Source: Takakia lepidozioides (lineage: Eukaryota > Plantae > Bryophyta). From it: a DNA stretch of 64,000 bases. This document shows positions 12,661 through 25,230 of this stretch, one piece after another. Below the pieces are notes generated by a model, which saw nothing but the letters and a program-made list of their open reading frames with translations, was not told the origin of the DNA and did no database searches. Made by a program: the position numbers and the translations under genes. Position 1 is the first letter of the stretch, and each line of letters starts with the position of its first letter. Location of the stretch: the NCBI GenBank assembly GCA_030704615.1, contig CM060732.1, positions 49,104,001-49,168,000 on the forward strand, in the 5' to 3' direction.

Positions 12661-15098
12661 GGGGGATGCTAGATTGTGAGCCTAGCCACGCGAGCCCAGG
12701 AGCCTGTGAGCCCAAGAGCCTGACGTGAGCCCAGTCTACGTGGCACGAGAATGGGGGAAGATGCAGGGTGTATTTCCGCGGATGAGCACCCATTAACGCG
12801 GAAACACGACAAACATGGCAAATCGGCAAACACGGCAAACCCTAACCCCTAACCCTTAGCGAACTGCCATGTTCGTGAAGGGAAATTGGCTGGGAATTAA
12901 GGTGACATCATTACCACGGAAACACGGCAAACGCGGCAAACCGGGGAAACGCTGCAAATCGTAACTCCAAATCCTAACCCTAAACCTTAGCGAACTGCCA
13001 TGTTTGTGGAGGGAAACAGGGTTGGGAATTAAGGGGGCGTCAGGCACATGAGAACTCAAAAATAAATTGAAAAATATATATATATATATATATATTCCTT
13101 GCATTTGGATAGATGTCGTCGATGATCGTGAAATCATGATCATGAAGCAATTGAGTGCGTTGACGCACTTAGTCCTCCATGGGGGGTGGGGGGTGGGGAG
13201 GGGGATATATATATATATTTGTTTTTGGTTTTGTTTTTTACGTCCCCCCCCCCCCGGCGGACAACTGAGTGCGTCAACGCACTCAATTTCTTCATGATCG
13301 ACGGTGTTGTGCGGGTCCGGGTTTTCACCTTGGGTACCGGCGGGTAAGAAGGGGGAGGGTAAAAAAAATCTTGTTTATTTTCTTTTTTTTCTTCCCCCCC
13401 CTCTCCCCCGCGCAGAACTGAGTGCGTCAACGCACTCAATTTCATCATGATCATGATTTCATGATGATCATCGACGACATCGACAACAGTGTTGTGCGGG
13501 TCCGGATTTTCACCCCGGGTACCCGGCGGGTTGGGGAAGGGGGGAAGGGAAAATATATATATATATCTTGTTTTTTTTCGGTTCCCACCCCCCGCGGAGA
13601 ACCGAGTGCGTCAACACACTCAATTTCTTCATGATCATGTTTTCAGGATGATCCTCGACGACAGTGTTATGCAGGTCCGGATTTTCACCTTGGGTACCCG
13701 GCGGGTTAGGGTCAGCGTTTTTTTTATTGGCGATTTTTCGCCATTTGGCCGCCTGAAAATCCCCTTGGCGAATGAAACAAAAGGAAAATAATGTCCAAAT
13801 AAGGCAATTTTCGCCAAAAACTGGGGGTCTCAAAAAGGTCCTCGCATGTGGATCCACGGGGGGCAGCACAAATGTAGCCATGGCGGGCCCCATACAAGAT
13901 GATCTGACGGGCCAGATGAGGAGTGGGTTGAGGATTGTGGGGCCTCCTCCGTTTCCCATCCCAAGGAGATGCTTGTCGCCGGTCTTGCGAGAACTATACA
14001 CCTCATTTGCACCAATTAGCCTATGGTTTTCACATAGAATAGAAAGAGTTCCATTCGTCCTATGGTTTTTAACTATTTCTGTACTTCACCTTCTATTGCT
14101 CATCAACATCCATTTGATTCGCAAATTATATGGCAAGGGTGGAAATACATGTAGCCTACCAATTCAAGGAAAATTACCTAGAGTGGGCCACTTGCACTAG
14201 CTTACACCCAATATATATAGTCACTCCTACTCCTTTTCAAAATCCCTAAAAAGAACCCCGGTTAGGGTCCGGGTTACCTATCCGGATCCGGACCCATGCC
14301 ATCACCAAAAACTCGGACCCTGACCTGGGTTCATTTTTAAAATGAACCCGGACCCGGACCCGGACCCGCCATCTAGGTCCAGAACCCATTAAAGCCGCTA
14401 CTCGCGGGCCAGAATATGACATACATGTTTGGTGGGCAAGACCTTCAAGTAAAAAATAAGGCGTTTGATCATGTCTATAGGTTGCACATGGATCCTATGA
14501 TGTGGGAATTGGCGACTGTCAATTGAGCAGTCAAACGATCCTAAAAATTCCCAACAATCTTCCCTAGTTCACTAGTTGACTTTCTAGAATGTTCTACTTT
14601 CTAGATAGTTCTACTATTGTCGGTGGGTTGAAAAGCAACTCACTAGTGGGTGTGGCTGCTGCAGGAGTATACTTATAAGAACAGTGACTAGAGAAGGTTG
14701 GGGCTTGGTGAGAGTGGGACCAGGTGGGATCGCGGCTTGGGGCTCGTCTTCAAGGTGGAGCGCTTGGGGTTGGTGAAGGGTGGGACCAGTTGCGTGAAGT
14801 GCTTGGGGGTGGGAGTGTTCGGGGTTGACGAAGTAGGGCTGGGGGAATTGGGTCGATCGTTGTGCTTCTAAAGGGGACTTAATATTGTCGTGTTTGCCGT
14901 ATATTACCTTGTTTGCCGTGTTTGGAAGTTTTGCCGTGTTCACCTCTTCTTCCAAAATATACGTTTCCACGGTAATAGGACCCCCTCTAAACCTTGTCCT
15001 CGGTTATAGGACTTGCTTCTCCCTCCTCTAAACCCTGGGCTCACGCTTAGAGGGCAAAGCGTGAGCCGAGCTCCTGGGCTCACGCCGTAGCTACGCTC
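12661..15098. mobile_element. Non-autonomous Mutator-like (MULE) element
   Basis: 9-bp TSD CACCACTTG at 12652-12660 and 15099-15107. Degenerate G-starting TIRs share GCTA....GTGAGCC. The rejoined flanks (AGATACACCACTTGCTGTTAAAAGCT) match an uninterrupted paralogous segment near 15820 (AGATACATCATTTGTTATTAAAAGCT). Confidence 0.8.
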
Positions 15099-17384
15099 CA
15101 CCACTTGCTGTTAAAAGCTGCGCCCACATCACCCCCACCACAGCAGTAAACCCATATACATATGCTACAAAAAAAATTGCATGCCTATATAGTTGGCAGA
15201 CATTGTCCATAGATACAGCAATGGCGCACCTGAGGCGTGACTCCATGTCTAGCAATACCTCTAAAATTAACAACACACAAACAAAAAAGATTTACCCGTC
15301 ACAACGCACCATTCAAAAGATCCTCGCTTCAATCACAAGAAGGTCTCATGCCGCAATAAAATTATATTCCCAACACATTGCACAACGCGACCTCCAGCTG
15401 TGTATCATTAAATCGCTTACTCCATCCCACTATCCCCCTCTATACCATGTTCAGAGTCAAGACCCCAAGCAAAGCCCCCTCTGCCTAATCACATTTGACA
15501 AAGCCTCTGCCAACATAGAACCAAAAAACAGAACAGGAACCAATCAATTATGCTTACCAAACCCATGTCCACAAAACACCTATGTTGATATCCCTCGAAA
15601 CCCCATGCAGCCTACAAATACTGTCACACATCTTTTGCCGGACGCGGATAAAATTAATTAATTTCATGGCTTTTGGACCCTCCGAGCAAACCTGTCTGGC
15701 GCCTTAAAAGGTCAATTGTTCAGCAGTACGCCTTATGTACTTAGCGCCTTGCTCATATCTCTGTGTGTAACTGATGCAACACCCCCCCCTCTCTCTCAAC
15801 TGCCTTGCTACACCATGCAAGATACATCATTTGTTATTAAAAGCTACATCCACATCGATTGGCAGCTACTGTATGCAGATACAGCATTGATGCACCTCCG
15901 GCCCGATACCACATGCAACAATATATTTAGAACTCATAACACACGAACAAATCATACTGATTCCTTCCTAGTAACCATACACATGCAAACTATTTACAGC
16001 CTGATGTATGAATACTTTCAGAAATCCACGATGCTCTACAACCACATATCAATTACAACGAACTGTACCTCAGCCCCCATTAAACAGCCCATGTTAGTTA
16101 CAAGGTTGAGGCAGACTGAATGCCAATTACAAACGCCTGGCAACACCATGATACCAAAAATTCAGATACAACGTATGCTGCTTCATGATTACAGCCCTGG
16201 CCCCCCTTACCGCCATCAAAACTCAGCCATATGCACCCTACCGCCACAGTGCCCCATTCAAAAGACTCGAACCTCAATTTCAATATTATGGTCTCACATC
16301 ACCAACAAATACTACCAAGTTACAAACTGCTCCAACCAACTATACATCAACAACGGTCCGCACAACTCACAGATCATGCAATATCCCTCACCTCTCGCTA
16401 CCACATATGACAAATCTCAAATCCCTAATTCACTAATGCCTCCAAATTGGGCTGTTGGCAGCCCCTATAACCTCATGCATCTCTCACAATTGCCCCACTG
16501 CAACAGGAAACAATTACCCTCACAACCTGGCAAAAGAGCTCCATCTACACTACCAAACCAGACGCTCTCTTACCCCCGCATTCCACCCCTGCTCCTACCT
16601 GCAACCGACTCACAAATACTTGGACAGAGTCTAAATCAACCAGATACACATAGACAGGCCCCTTACTTCTGCACCGCACACCGGATCCTACGAAAACCCA
16701 TTAAAAAAACCCCTGCTAATTCCACACATAATGCAGGCAGAAAGCTCATCACATAAAAAGGAGCTGCCATCTGTAGGACCTCCAAAAGTCAACCTTGGCC
16801 CCCCCTGCCACACTCAAAACTCACTCGTAACCACCCTGACAATCGCTCTGACAACGTTGTATATCATTAAAATACAAATACATATCGCTCAACCTGTCAA
16901 AATACATACCATAGTTATTGTTTGGCACTCAACCTCGACTGAAGCATACCTCCCTGAGAGCTCTTGTTGCCCGGAACCAATACAACGCTTTTTAGTAATC
17001 TCCCTCCACACGTATACGAACATCCACCTTCACAATAGTCTAAAAACACTAGATCCTCACCCCAATATTCCTCCACAACCTCTCTTGCTATCTGAGCCAA
17101 TCCCACATCTCTCCCACTCCTCATTGCTATGCCAATCCTTTAACTACACCATCGATGCAACATCCTACGATAATTTCCATCATAGACATGGCATTTGGGG
17201 AAGACCGAGGAAAACATACAATCACCATCAAAGAAAAACACCCCACCAACATATTTATTTTTTATTCAACAAGCCACAACAAATCCCACAAATACCCTCA
17301 GGCAGACTATATTATGTCCCAAAAATCTCCAAACAAGCTAGACGCAAACTGCAAAAATGGATGCACATCCACAAACACGCGCAC

Positions 17385-17438
17385 CTTCATCTAATGCTCA
17401 TGCGATGTGGGGACATCCACCAGAACCCAGGCCCCTGA
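17385..17438 (+). other. 2A-like (ribosome-skipping) peptide LHLMLMRCGDIHQNPGP
   Basis: Matches the GD(V/I)ExNPGP pattern with E replaced by H. It is followed by TGA, after which the same frame stays open into the APE ORF. Confidence 0.65.
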
Positions 17439-20400
17439 AACAACCGCCGTCATACCCAACAGAACACACATAATCCAGTACAAACTGTTGTAAATCATCT
17501 CCCTAAGGCGGCAAAAGCTAGGTACACTTTATACTTTTATCCCGACACAATCTCTCTAAAATTGGAGTACATTCATCTACACAACCTCTTCAGTCCATAT
17601 CTACCCAAAGCCACTTATGTTTTGGATCCGGATGCCCCAGAAGCGCCGCCATATGGTATAACCACCTATGAGTACCCAATCCTTGCCCATAATAGCTACA
17701 AACTGCGATCCCACTCTATAGATCATGTACTATTTGTATACATTATTTGTACATCTCCAAAGCCTAAATCTTGTAATATCATGTTATTCGAAAGCTTGGA
17801 GACCCGAATAATAACCACGCTAACAAAACTCCAAGGGTTACCAAATAACTCCTCCCACTACAAAGCCCAACCGCACCCCCTCAATTCTGTTCAAGATTCC
17901 CTTCACCTTCTTCAAGCCCCACCGGGCCATATACACCAGCTACTTACGACATGTATCAAATCTCTACCTCCAACAATCCACCCTATTATTCAGGATATTT
18001 CTGCAGCATTTCCTTTCATCTCGCATGACATTTTATATGCCACGCTAAATACCCTTACATATCTACCCGGTTACCAAATGACCAACCACACGCCACAATG
18101 TGACAACACACCACAGTGTGACAATGCAGTGCCCACTATACACCAACCTACACCACCGCCACTCTCTTATACCCCAGACAACTCACAAGACAACCTTATA
18201 GACCAACCCTTAATATGCCTTACGTGGAATGTGGGATCCATTGCCTCCAGCTTGCCAACCCTTTCACTTATTCTTCAAAACTCAAACCCTACCCATATTA
18301 TTCTACTCCAAGAAACCAAACTCAAATCGCACTCGCCCAACACATATATGAACAGAATACTGCTTGACCACCACATCATCTATGGGAGCCTCCCATCGCC
18401 AGGAAAATATAATAGACGACGCTCACTACCATATCAGCCGGCTCGTGGAGGCCTAGCCATTGGTATACACAAATCCATGCACTCACAAGAAACAACTACA
18501 AATGCCTGCATCCCCACGCACCTTAAAACTCACCTCCAAATTGTTGAGATTCACATCAGCCCTTATCCAAAACTACTTATCATTCATTTATATATGCCCT
18601 CACACCCGGACGATATAGCCCTTACCCTCGATATTCTACAACAAATTGTGAGCTTTGCTAACAACGCACTCCACTCCTTATCCGCAATCCTCCGTGCAGG
18701 TGACTTCAACAGAGACCTATCTATGTTGGGCAGGTTACATGACGGTGTACACTTCCCTCCCTCTCCAAAAGACATAGAATGGACAACCTTTACCGAAACG
18801 CATGGATTCCAATACATCACTACAAACCAGGCTTTCTCTAGGCAAGGAGGACTAAACTATATCTCGCATAGCCTCATTGATGGGTACTACCTCAAAATGC
18901 CTAGAAGTAATCCCACACAGCTGTACAGTACAATCCTGTATGATCCCATATATAACTCTGACCATTACCCAGTTATTCTCCGCATCCCCGCATATATAGT
19001 ACCTATAGGTCCAGTCCTAAATGGCCCCTCGCTAGACACAAGGCCACGCATTCCCACTCCTATTCCCCCCTCCTCTATTCTGGCATTCCAAGCCAAGTTT
19101 TGATCCATTTCTGGTACAGTTATATCTGATTTTGAAACAATACTAGATCGATATTCAGCAAACCCCACCCTTCAAATTTGGGAAGACGCAAGCTCCAAGC
19201 TAGAACAAATATTCACTCAAATTACAGAATCCACGCTACATACATGCACAAAGTTCCCTGATCCAATACAAACTGAATAATAAAAAATAAACGGAGGATA
19301 CTTGACAAGAACATAACAGAGAAAATGGCAAGCACAATTAAATATCCACCACAAAATCCGCAAAGCTATTACAATCCTCTCATTGACCCACGAAACCCCC
19401 AATGGAGAAATACCCCATCTATTATAGACCTAAACACAATAGTAGCTTGCAGCACAAATTTCCCGATACTCCAGAATGATGTAGACATACATACATGGCT
19501 CATATCTCTCTCCCGAATTGGTCGAGATGCAAAGAAAAAACCGTAGTCGGGTAGGCGGTTCAGTGAGCCCAACCTACATCGCAACTTACCTCGGCCCTCT
19601 AGACTATTATGCCATCACCCTCGTCAAACCCACACATGTCCAAGACAATGTAACTATTTGTCATACCTTCGCCAAAAATCACCTATACTTGCCTACTTCA
19701 AAACCAAACACATCACGACACTCGCCCAACTCACCACAGCTGCTGGCTACCGTCTACTCACCCCTGGTGAATTCACTCTCAAATACTCTAGAGCCACCGT
19801 CAAAACGTATAGGTATCTCTCCAACCTTCGCTCCATGTTCTGCCATAAGACTGCCTCCTGCACACTAGATTGTGACTTTCCCTGCACACTTTTTCCCCAT
19901 AACAAACAAGACCTTCTCCCCCAATATAGGGCCCCCCCTGCCCCCTCTATCCTCCACATACTCAAAGCTTCTACCGCCTCAACTGATACCCCAATTCTTA
20001 ACAGCCCACCCTCCCTATCCTCTTATCCCACCCCTCGTCATGGACCCGAGCCCAACCCGACCATACCCACATTTTCTGAGTCGTCTACCTCACATGCCCC
20101 TACCCAAACCCCCACCACTCAGCTAACCCCAACTAGTCCCCTGCTTCCACCCCTAACCCCGCGCTCTACCAACCCCGACAACCCGGACGCCTTCATTATC
20201 GAAGCTATCTTAGGTATCAGAACTCAAACCTCCACCGATGAATTCGGCGCTACTTGCGTAGACACTTTCTACCTATGTAAATGGGCGGGCTACCCCTCAG
20301 AAGACAACACATGGCAAATTGAGGATGACCTTTTTGGATCTCATGATGACTGTGATCCGGCACATAACCTTGATCTCCTTACCATATTTCACAAATCTAC

Positions 20401-23068
20401 TAACACCCACTACCTCGCTCACATACACCAACAACATGTCTCCCAAGTCCAGCCTATAGATGCCAGATTCGTCCACACCCCCTTAGTTGCTCCGGAAGTG
20501 CACATCTGCATTTCGGAATGCAACCTCGACAAAGACATACTATGCACATCCCCCACTATACACTCTGGCCGACGCATGTCCAGAATATATGCTCCTCATG
20601 GACGCTACATTGGACTCATCCCGAACGACAGACTTACTTGGTTATGGCATAGATTTTCTACATCTGATCCGTCACCCAGCCATCTAATGCCTCCTAGGCA
20701 AGACTTTGCTACCGAACTCTACTGGCTTGTTGACCGCTACTTAGGGGATACCCCCCCCCCCCCCAAAGAAGCCCCGCCCTCTCCCCAAACTAGCACAAGC
20801 CTACTCCCACGTTACCCTCCAGCCGGACATAATATCATTCCTTATAACCTCTTTTCAAATTACACACTCCTATTACTCTAGTCCTCTCACATGCCCAATG
20901 GAGCTCTCATCGCACTCTAGCCCACATCCCCGGGACTGCATATTTGGTGCTTCTGGCTATGCCACACAACATATATGGACTGGTTGCGGGTTTGCACACC
21001 CGCCCCCAGGGCTATACGCACACGACGCCCTTCAATGGGCACGCCTAGCGACCCAATCCTCCCCCTCAGCTACCACCATCCTCGTCTTAACTGACCAACA
21101 GTTGCGGACCTCCTCGCATCCCCTCCTCCATCTCCCCCCTAAGGTCACTACCTTAGCAGCTATTGATCCAGATCAGCTTCATTTTCACCGTACCCCTCCC
21201 TTCCCCAAATACCTAAAACACCGAGAGTCCACCCTAACCCTTATATACCATGTCCATAACCCCTGTACCCCCACCACCTTACCCACCGACTTTTCTTCCC
21301 GCCTTTCTTGCCTCCTAAGAGATACATTTGGCTTGAAGGCCACCACTTTTCCCATACCCCCTACCTTGTCCATCACTACCACCCCAGCCTGTAAGATCCC
21401 CACATGCAAATCCTGGACTAAAGCGCTACCCCGTCAATATGCCCCAATTCCCATGCAAACCCCTAATAATAAACCTCCGGTCTTCCAGCAATCACTACAT
21501 CTTAGATACCCACCTGCCAACTCGCATTACACTGATGGCTCCCTCACGGGCTCCCGTGCCGGCTACGGTATCTACCACGCCGCCACTAGTCAAGGAGTTG
21601 CCCTACGACTCCCAGGCCCCGCTACCATCCTACGCGCCGAGCTCATGGCTATACATGACGCCCTCACCCAGCTCCCTTCATTCACTCCACCCCATTACAT
21701 CTTTACGGATAGTCTCACCTCCCTCTTCCTCATCCGTAACCACCTCTCCCGACCATCCTCTCATATCCATCACCCGGATCGTAATCTCATCGCAGCCATC
21801 GCCCATCTTGCTATTTCTTTGAAACAAACAGTCCATCTTATCAAAGTTAGATCACACACTGGCATCACTGGCAATGAGGCCGCTGACCTCCTCGCCCAAC
21901 AAGGAGCTGCTCAACCACCAGTGGAACCCTCGCCGGATCCTATACATGTCGCGCATACCCACCCTTTCTGGTTCATCCACCTTGTTCCAGGCCCACTAGA
22001 CCCTTGCCCGGTTCATAACCTCTCAACCACTCTTACCCAAGAAACTAGCAAACAAGCCTCAACCTCCGCCAGCCATAATAAGTTGCACATCCAGAAATGG
22101 ACGCAGTCTTCGGTCCTCCACCATAGATTATCTAAGCACTTTTGGCACACCAAAACCACAACATATGCGCAAATAAAACAAACCCTCGAATTTCGGTATG
22201 CCCAATACATGGGCCACCAGCGTAAACACATTTTTTTGGCCCCACCTCTTCACATCCCCAAACTGCCCGTTATATGTTCACACCCACTCGGCTCGAGACA
22301 CGTGGCCACACATCCTCAGCCAATATACTCACCCCACCATCCACGGCCTTCGAGTCACCCGACAACCAGACCGTTTGGCACATACATAAACTCCTATTAC
22401 GCCGGCCTGAAACTCGGTGGTTCTCACTTATTAATGCCGGTACCTATCAAGGCAGACCCCCTGATCATACTCTACCATCCTGGCTACTCCCATGTTCCTG
22501 CCGACCACCCACAACATGTAAATGCCCTGCCAGACTGTGCCCAGACATACTATTAGTTTTGGGGTTGCCTGTCAATTCCCCGCCTCCTCACGCCCCCTCT
22601 CCAAATCTTACAATACATTTTATTGAGTTCACTTTTGTAATGACCGGTACCCCAGCTCTTCTACGCTTGAAAAACGCCAAAAATACGCTCCACTCATTCT
22701 TGCACTTCGCCGTCGGGGATGGTCAACCGGCCCTTTGACCGTTATTACAGCCAGTACAAGAGGCGGCATCCACAATGCTAGCATCTCTGCTCTCCACACA
22801 AACTTCGGCATCCCTATAACCCCCATTCACAAATGCTTTAAAGCAGTCCACCTAACTGCACTTCGTTCCCTCACTGCCATTATCACCAACAAACGACAGC
22901 TTGAATTCACTCTCTCCGCGGCCCCTAGGCACCCTGGGATACCCCCAAGATCCCATATTTCTTAGGCCTTTTGACATCTCGTATACCCCAGGGGCCCCCC
23001 TGGGGTACCTCCCCAAACCCCTATCCTATGGTTACGGGGTGCCCTCCGGGCACCCACTCGTTTTTATA

Positions 23069-23137
23069 GGGCCCACCCCCGAAAGGGGGTAGTAGCCGCA
23101 AGGCGAAGTGGCTCTTAGTTACGCCGGCCTCGGCCGG

Positions 23138-23142
<5 letters not shown>
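23069..23142 (+). ncRNA. Structured 3'-terminal RNA motif of LINE copy 1
   Basis: Three-way junction GGGCC / CCCCC-GAAA-GGGGG / GCC-GCAA-GGC / GGCTC, plus hairpin ACGCCGGC-CTCG-GCCGGAGT. It covaries with the copy at 32057. Confidence 0.7.
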
Positions 23143-23176
<34 letters not shown>

Positions 23177-25230
23177 ACTCTTTGCCCCATCACCCATGGG
23201 AGCTACTCCCTCGCTATTCATCGAGCCAACCAAATCCAATCACTATTCCATGGCTTCGCCCTAAACCCAACAAGCGTCCACCCCACACAACCAGCTCAAA
23301 CACCCCAACCACAGCCACCACAACCAAATATTATATCGTCCCCACTTGCTATTCAACCCACAGGACACCCCGTAACACCCGCCCACACATTAGAGGAAAT
23401 ACAAGGCATAACTCAAAAAATGTCCTTGGATCAATATGGAGCCACATGTGTCAGAACTCTATACAATTGTCAATGGAAGGGATCAACCCCCAAACGTAAC
23501 ACCTGGGAAAACAATGACCAACTTTCAAGCACCTATGGTAACCCAAATCTACACCATAATATTCAAATGGTTACCGAATACCACCGACGAACCAACACCC
23601 ACTACTTATCGCATATTCATACCCAACATGCGGATGAACCACAAGCCAACGATATATGTTTCATCAGCCCGCCACGAAGCATCCCAAATCTACACATCTC
23701 TATAGCTGAATGTAACCCAGATAAAGACATCATGAAGTCCCAGGCCCACATTCACACTCACAATAACTTGGCACACATATATGGACCACTAGGGTACTAC
23801 ATTGGTAACATAACACTCCAAAGATTGGAATGGTTATGGAAAAGATTTCATCCAACCCACTCCATCTCATAGACCTGCATACGCCGTCAGCATTTGCAGT
23901 ACAAGTCTCCAAACTCATCCAACGCTACACCCACGACCTACCACCCAAAACACCCACAACAACAAACAAACTTTCACTTGCACACTCCCACTCGACCCCC
24001 GCACTCCTTCTAGACTTCCTCACCACGGAGCTGCAACTCACTCACTCATACTACTCTAACCCTCTCACATGCCCATTGGGTTTATCTACTTACTCGAGCT
24101 TACACAACATTGATCAGCACTTTGGATCCCTGGGGGCTGCAAGGTCCCACCAATGGCAAGGGCGAGGGTTTGAACACCCCCCTATTGCCGCTTTTGCCAG
24201 TGAAGCGCTTCATTGGGCGCGCATTGCTGCACATATGTCACCAAAATCATTCACCATCTTATTTATTCCTAATACTAACCATAGGCCAACTCTAAACACC
24301 CAATACTAAGCGACCGCCCTGGAGTATTCACGTTAGCTACATTTGAGCCTCGCTCAATCATTTATCAACCCCCACCGCCATGGCACAATTACATGAAATA
24401 TCCATAACCGTTATTAACTAAACTGGTATGTGTATACCACTCACAAGAACCGCAAATACCTATCACTTTCTACCATCAACTGGACCGGATTCTAAAACAT
24501 TTATTTGGTCACACTGCCACGGTTCACCCGCCTACCCAAATTCCCAACAAATATCCCCGAATCAATCCGGACAAACCATGGAGACATATGACCCCTAGGC
24601 CTCTTTGGGCAGCGAGACCAAAAACCTTTGCTATACCACTCCCAGATTTCACGGAACCCACAGAAATGCATATATACTGATGGCTCCTTAAAAGATGCCC
24701 AAGCGGGTTATGGTATATATTTGATTGGCACCAATACCAAAATATATAGCCGTCTCCCTGGTTGCCAGAATATCCTACGAGCAGAGCTTATGGCTATACA
24801 TGATGCTCTCAAGTCTCTCCCCTACCAACCTACTTCAACATACTATTTATTTACAGACAGCTCGGTCTCCCTATACCTTCTCACCAACCAAATTTGCATG
24901 CCATCATCACATATTCACCATCTTGATATTACACTTGTAAAAGGAATCATCGATGTTGTATCATCTTTACCGTTGCAAATCCATATACACAAAGTTCGAT
25001 CTCACACATACATAATAGGTAATGACATAGCAGACCATCTTGCCCAACTTGGTGCTATTCAGCCAATCATCAACCCCTCGATCAGCCCTATCCACCGGTC
25101 GCACACATACCCGTTTTGGCTCATATCAACAAGGGCTAGATTCCCGACCATAACACCTATACGGAATCTGCACACACACATTCAAGGCGAGACCAAACTA
25201 CTCATACAAGAATCCCGCACCTACAGAAAT

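Larger units (their letters stand above)
8570..23175 (+). mobile_element. Dualen/RandI-like non-LTR retrotransposon, copy 1 (RT deleted, interrupted by a MULE, 5' boundary uncertain)
   Basis: APE at 18210-18980 (TWNV, LQETK, RGG, YMP, GDFN, SLID, SDH), chromodomain at 20192-20334, PCIF1-like fold at 20800-21100, RNase H at 21525-21910 (YTDGS, RAELMAI, FTDS, KVRSHTGITGNEAAD), CCHC plus PDIL..IEF endonuclease at 22260-22900, structured 3'UTR and (CT)n tail at 23143-23175. The upstream region has uniform C/A-rich composition with internal repeats. Confidence 0.75.

Noticed and set aside
12838-12990. Telomeric repeats (CCCTAA-like)
   Set aside because: Only 2-3 imperfect units, within MULE subterminal repeats.
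13140-13700. CRISPR-like array of palindromic repeats
   Set aside because: The spacers are homologous to each other and 100-160 bp long, one repeat is inverted, there are no cas genes, and the context is a eukaryotic MULE.
10714-16756. Long + strand ORFs (219, 267 and 346 aa) as host genes
   Set aside because: No recognisable domains. The C/A-rich, G-poor strand depletes stop codons, and the region lies inside the LINE 5' part.
23069-23114. Hammerhead ribozyme
   Set aside because: It is a three-way junction but lacks the CUGANGA and GAAA-stem-UH core.
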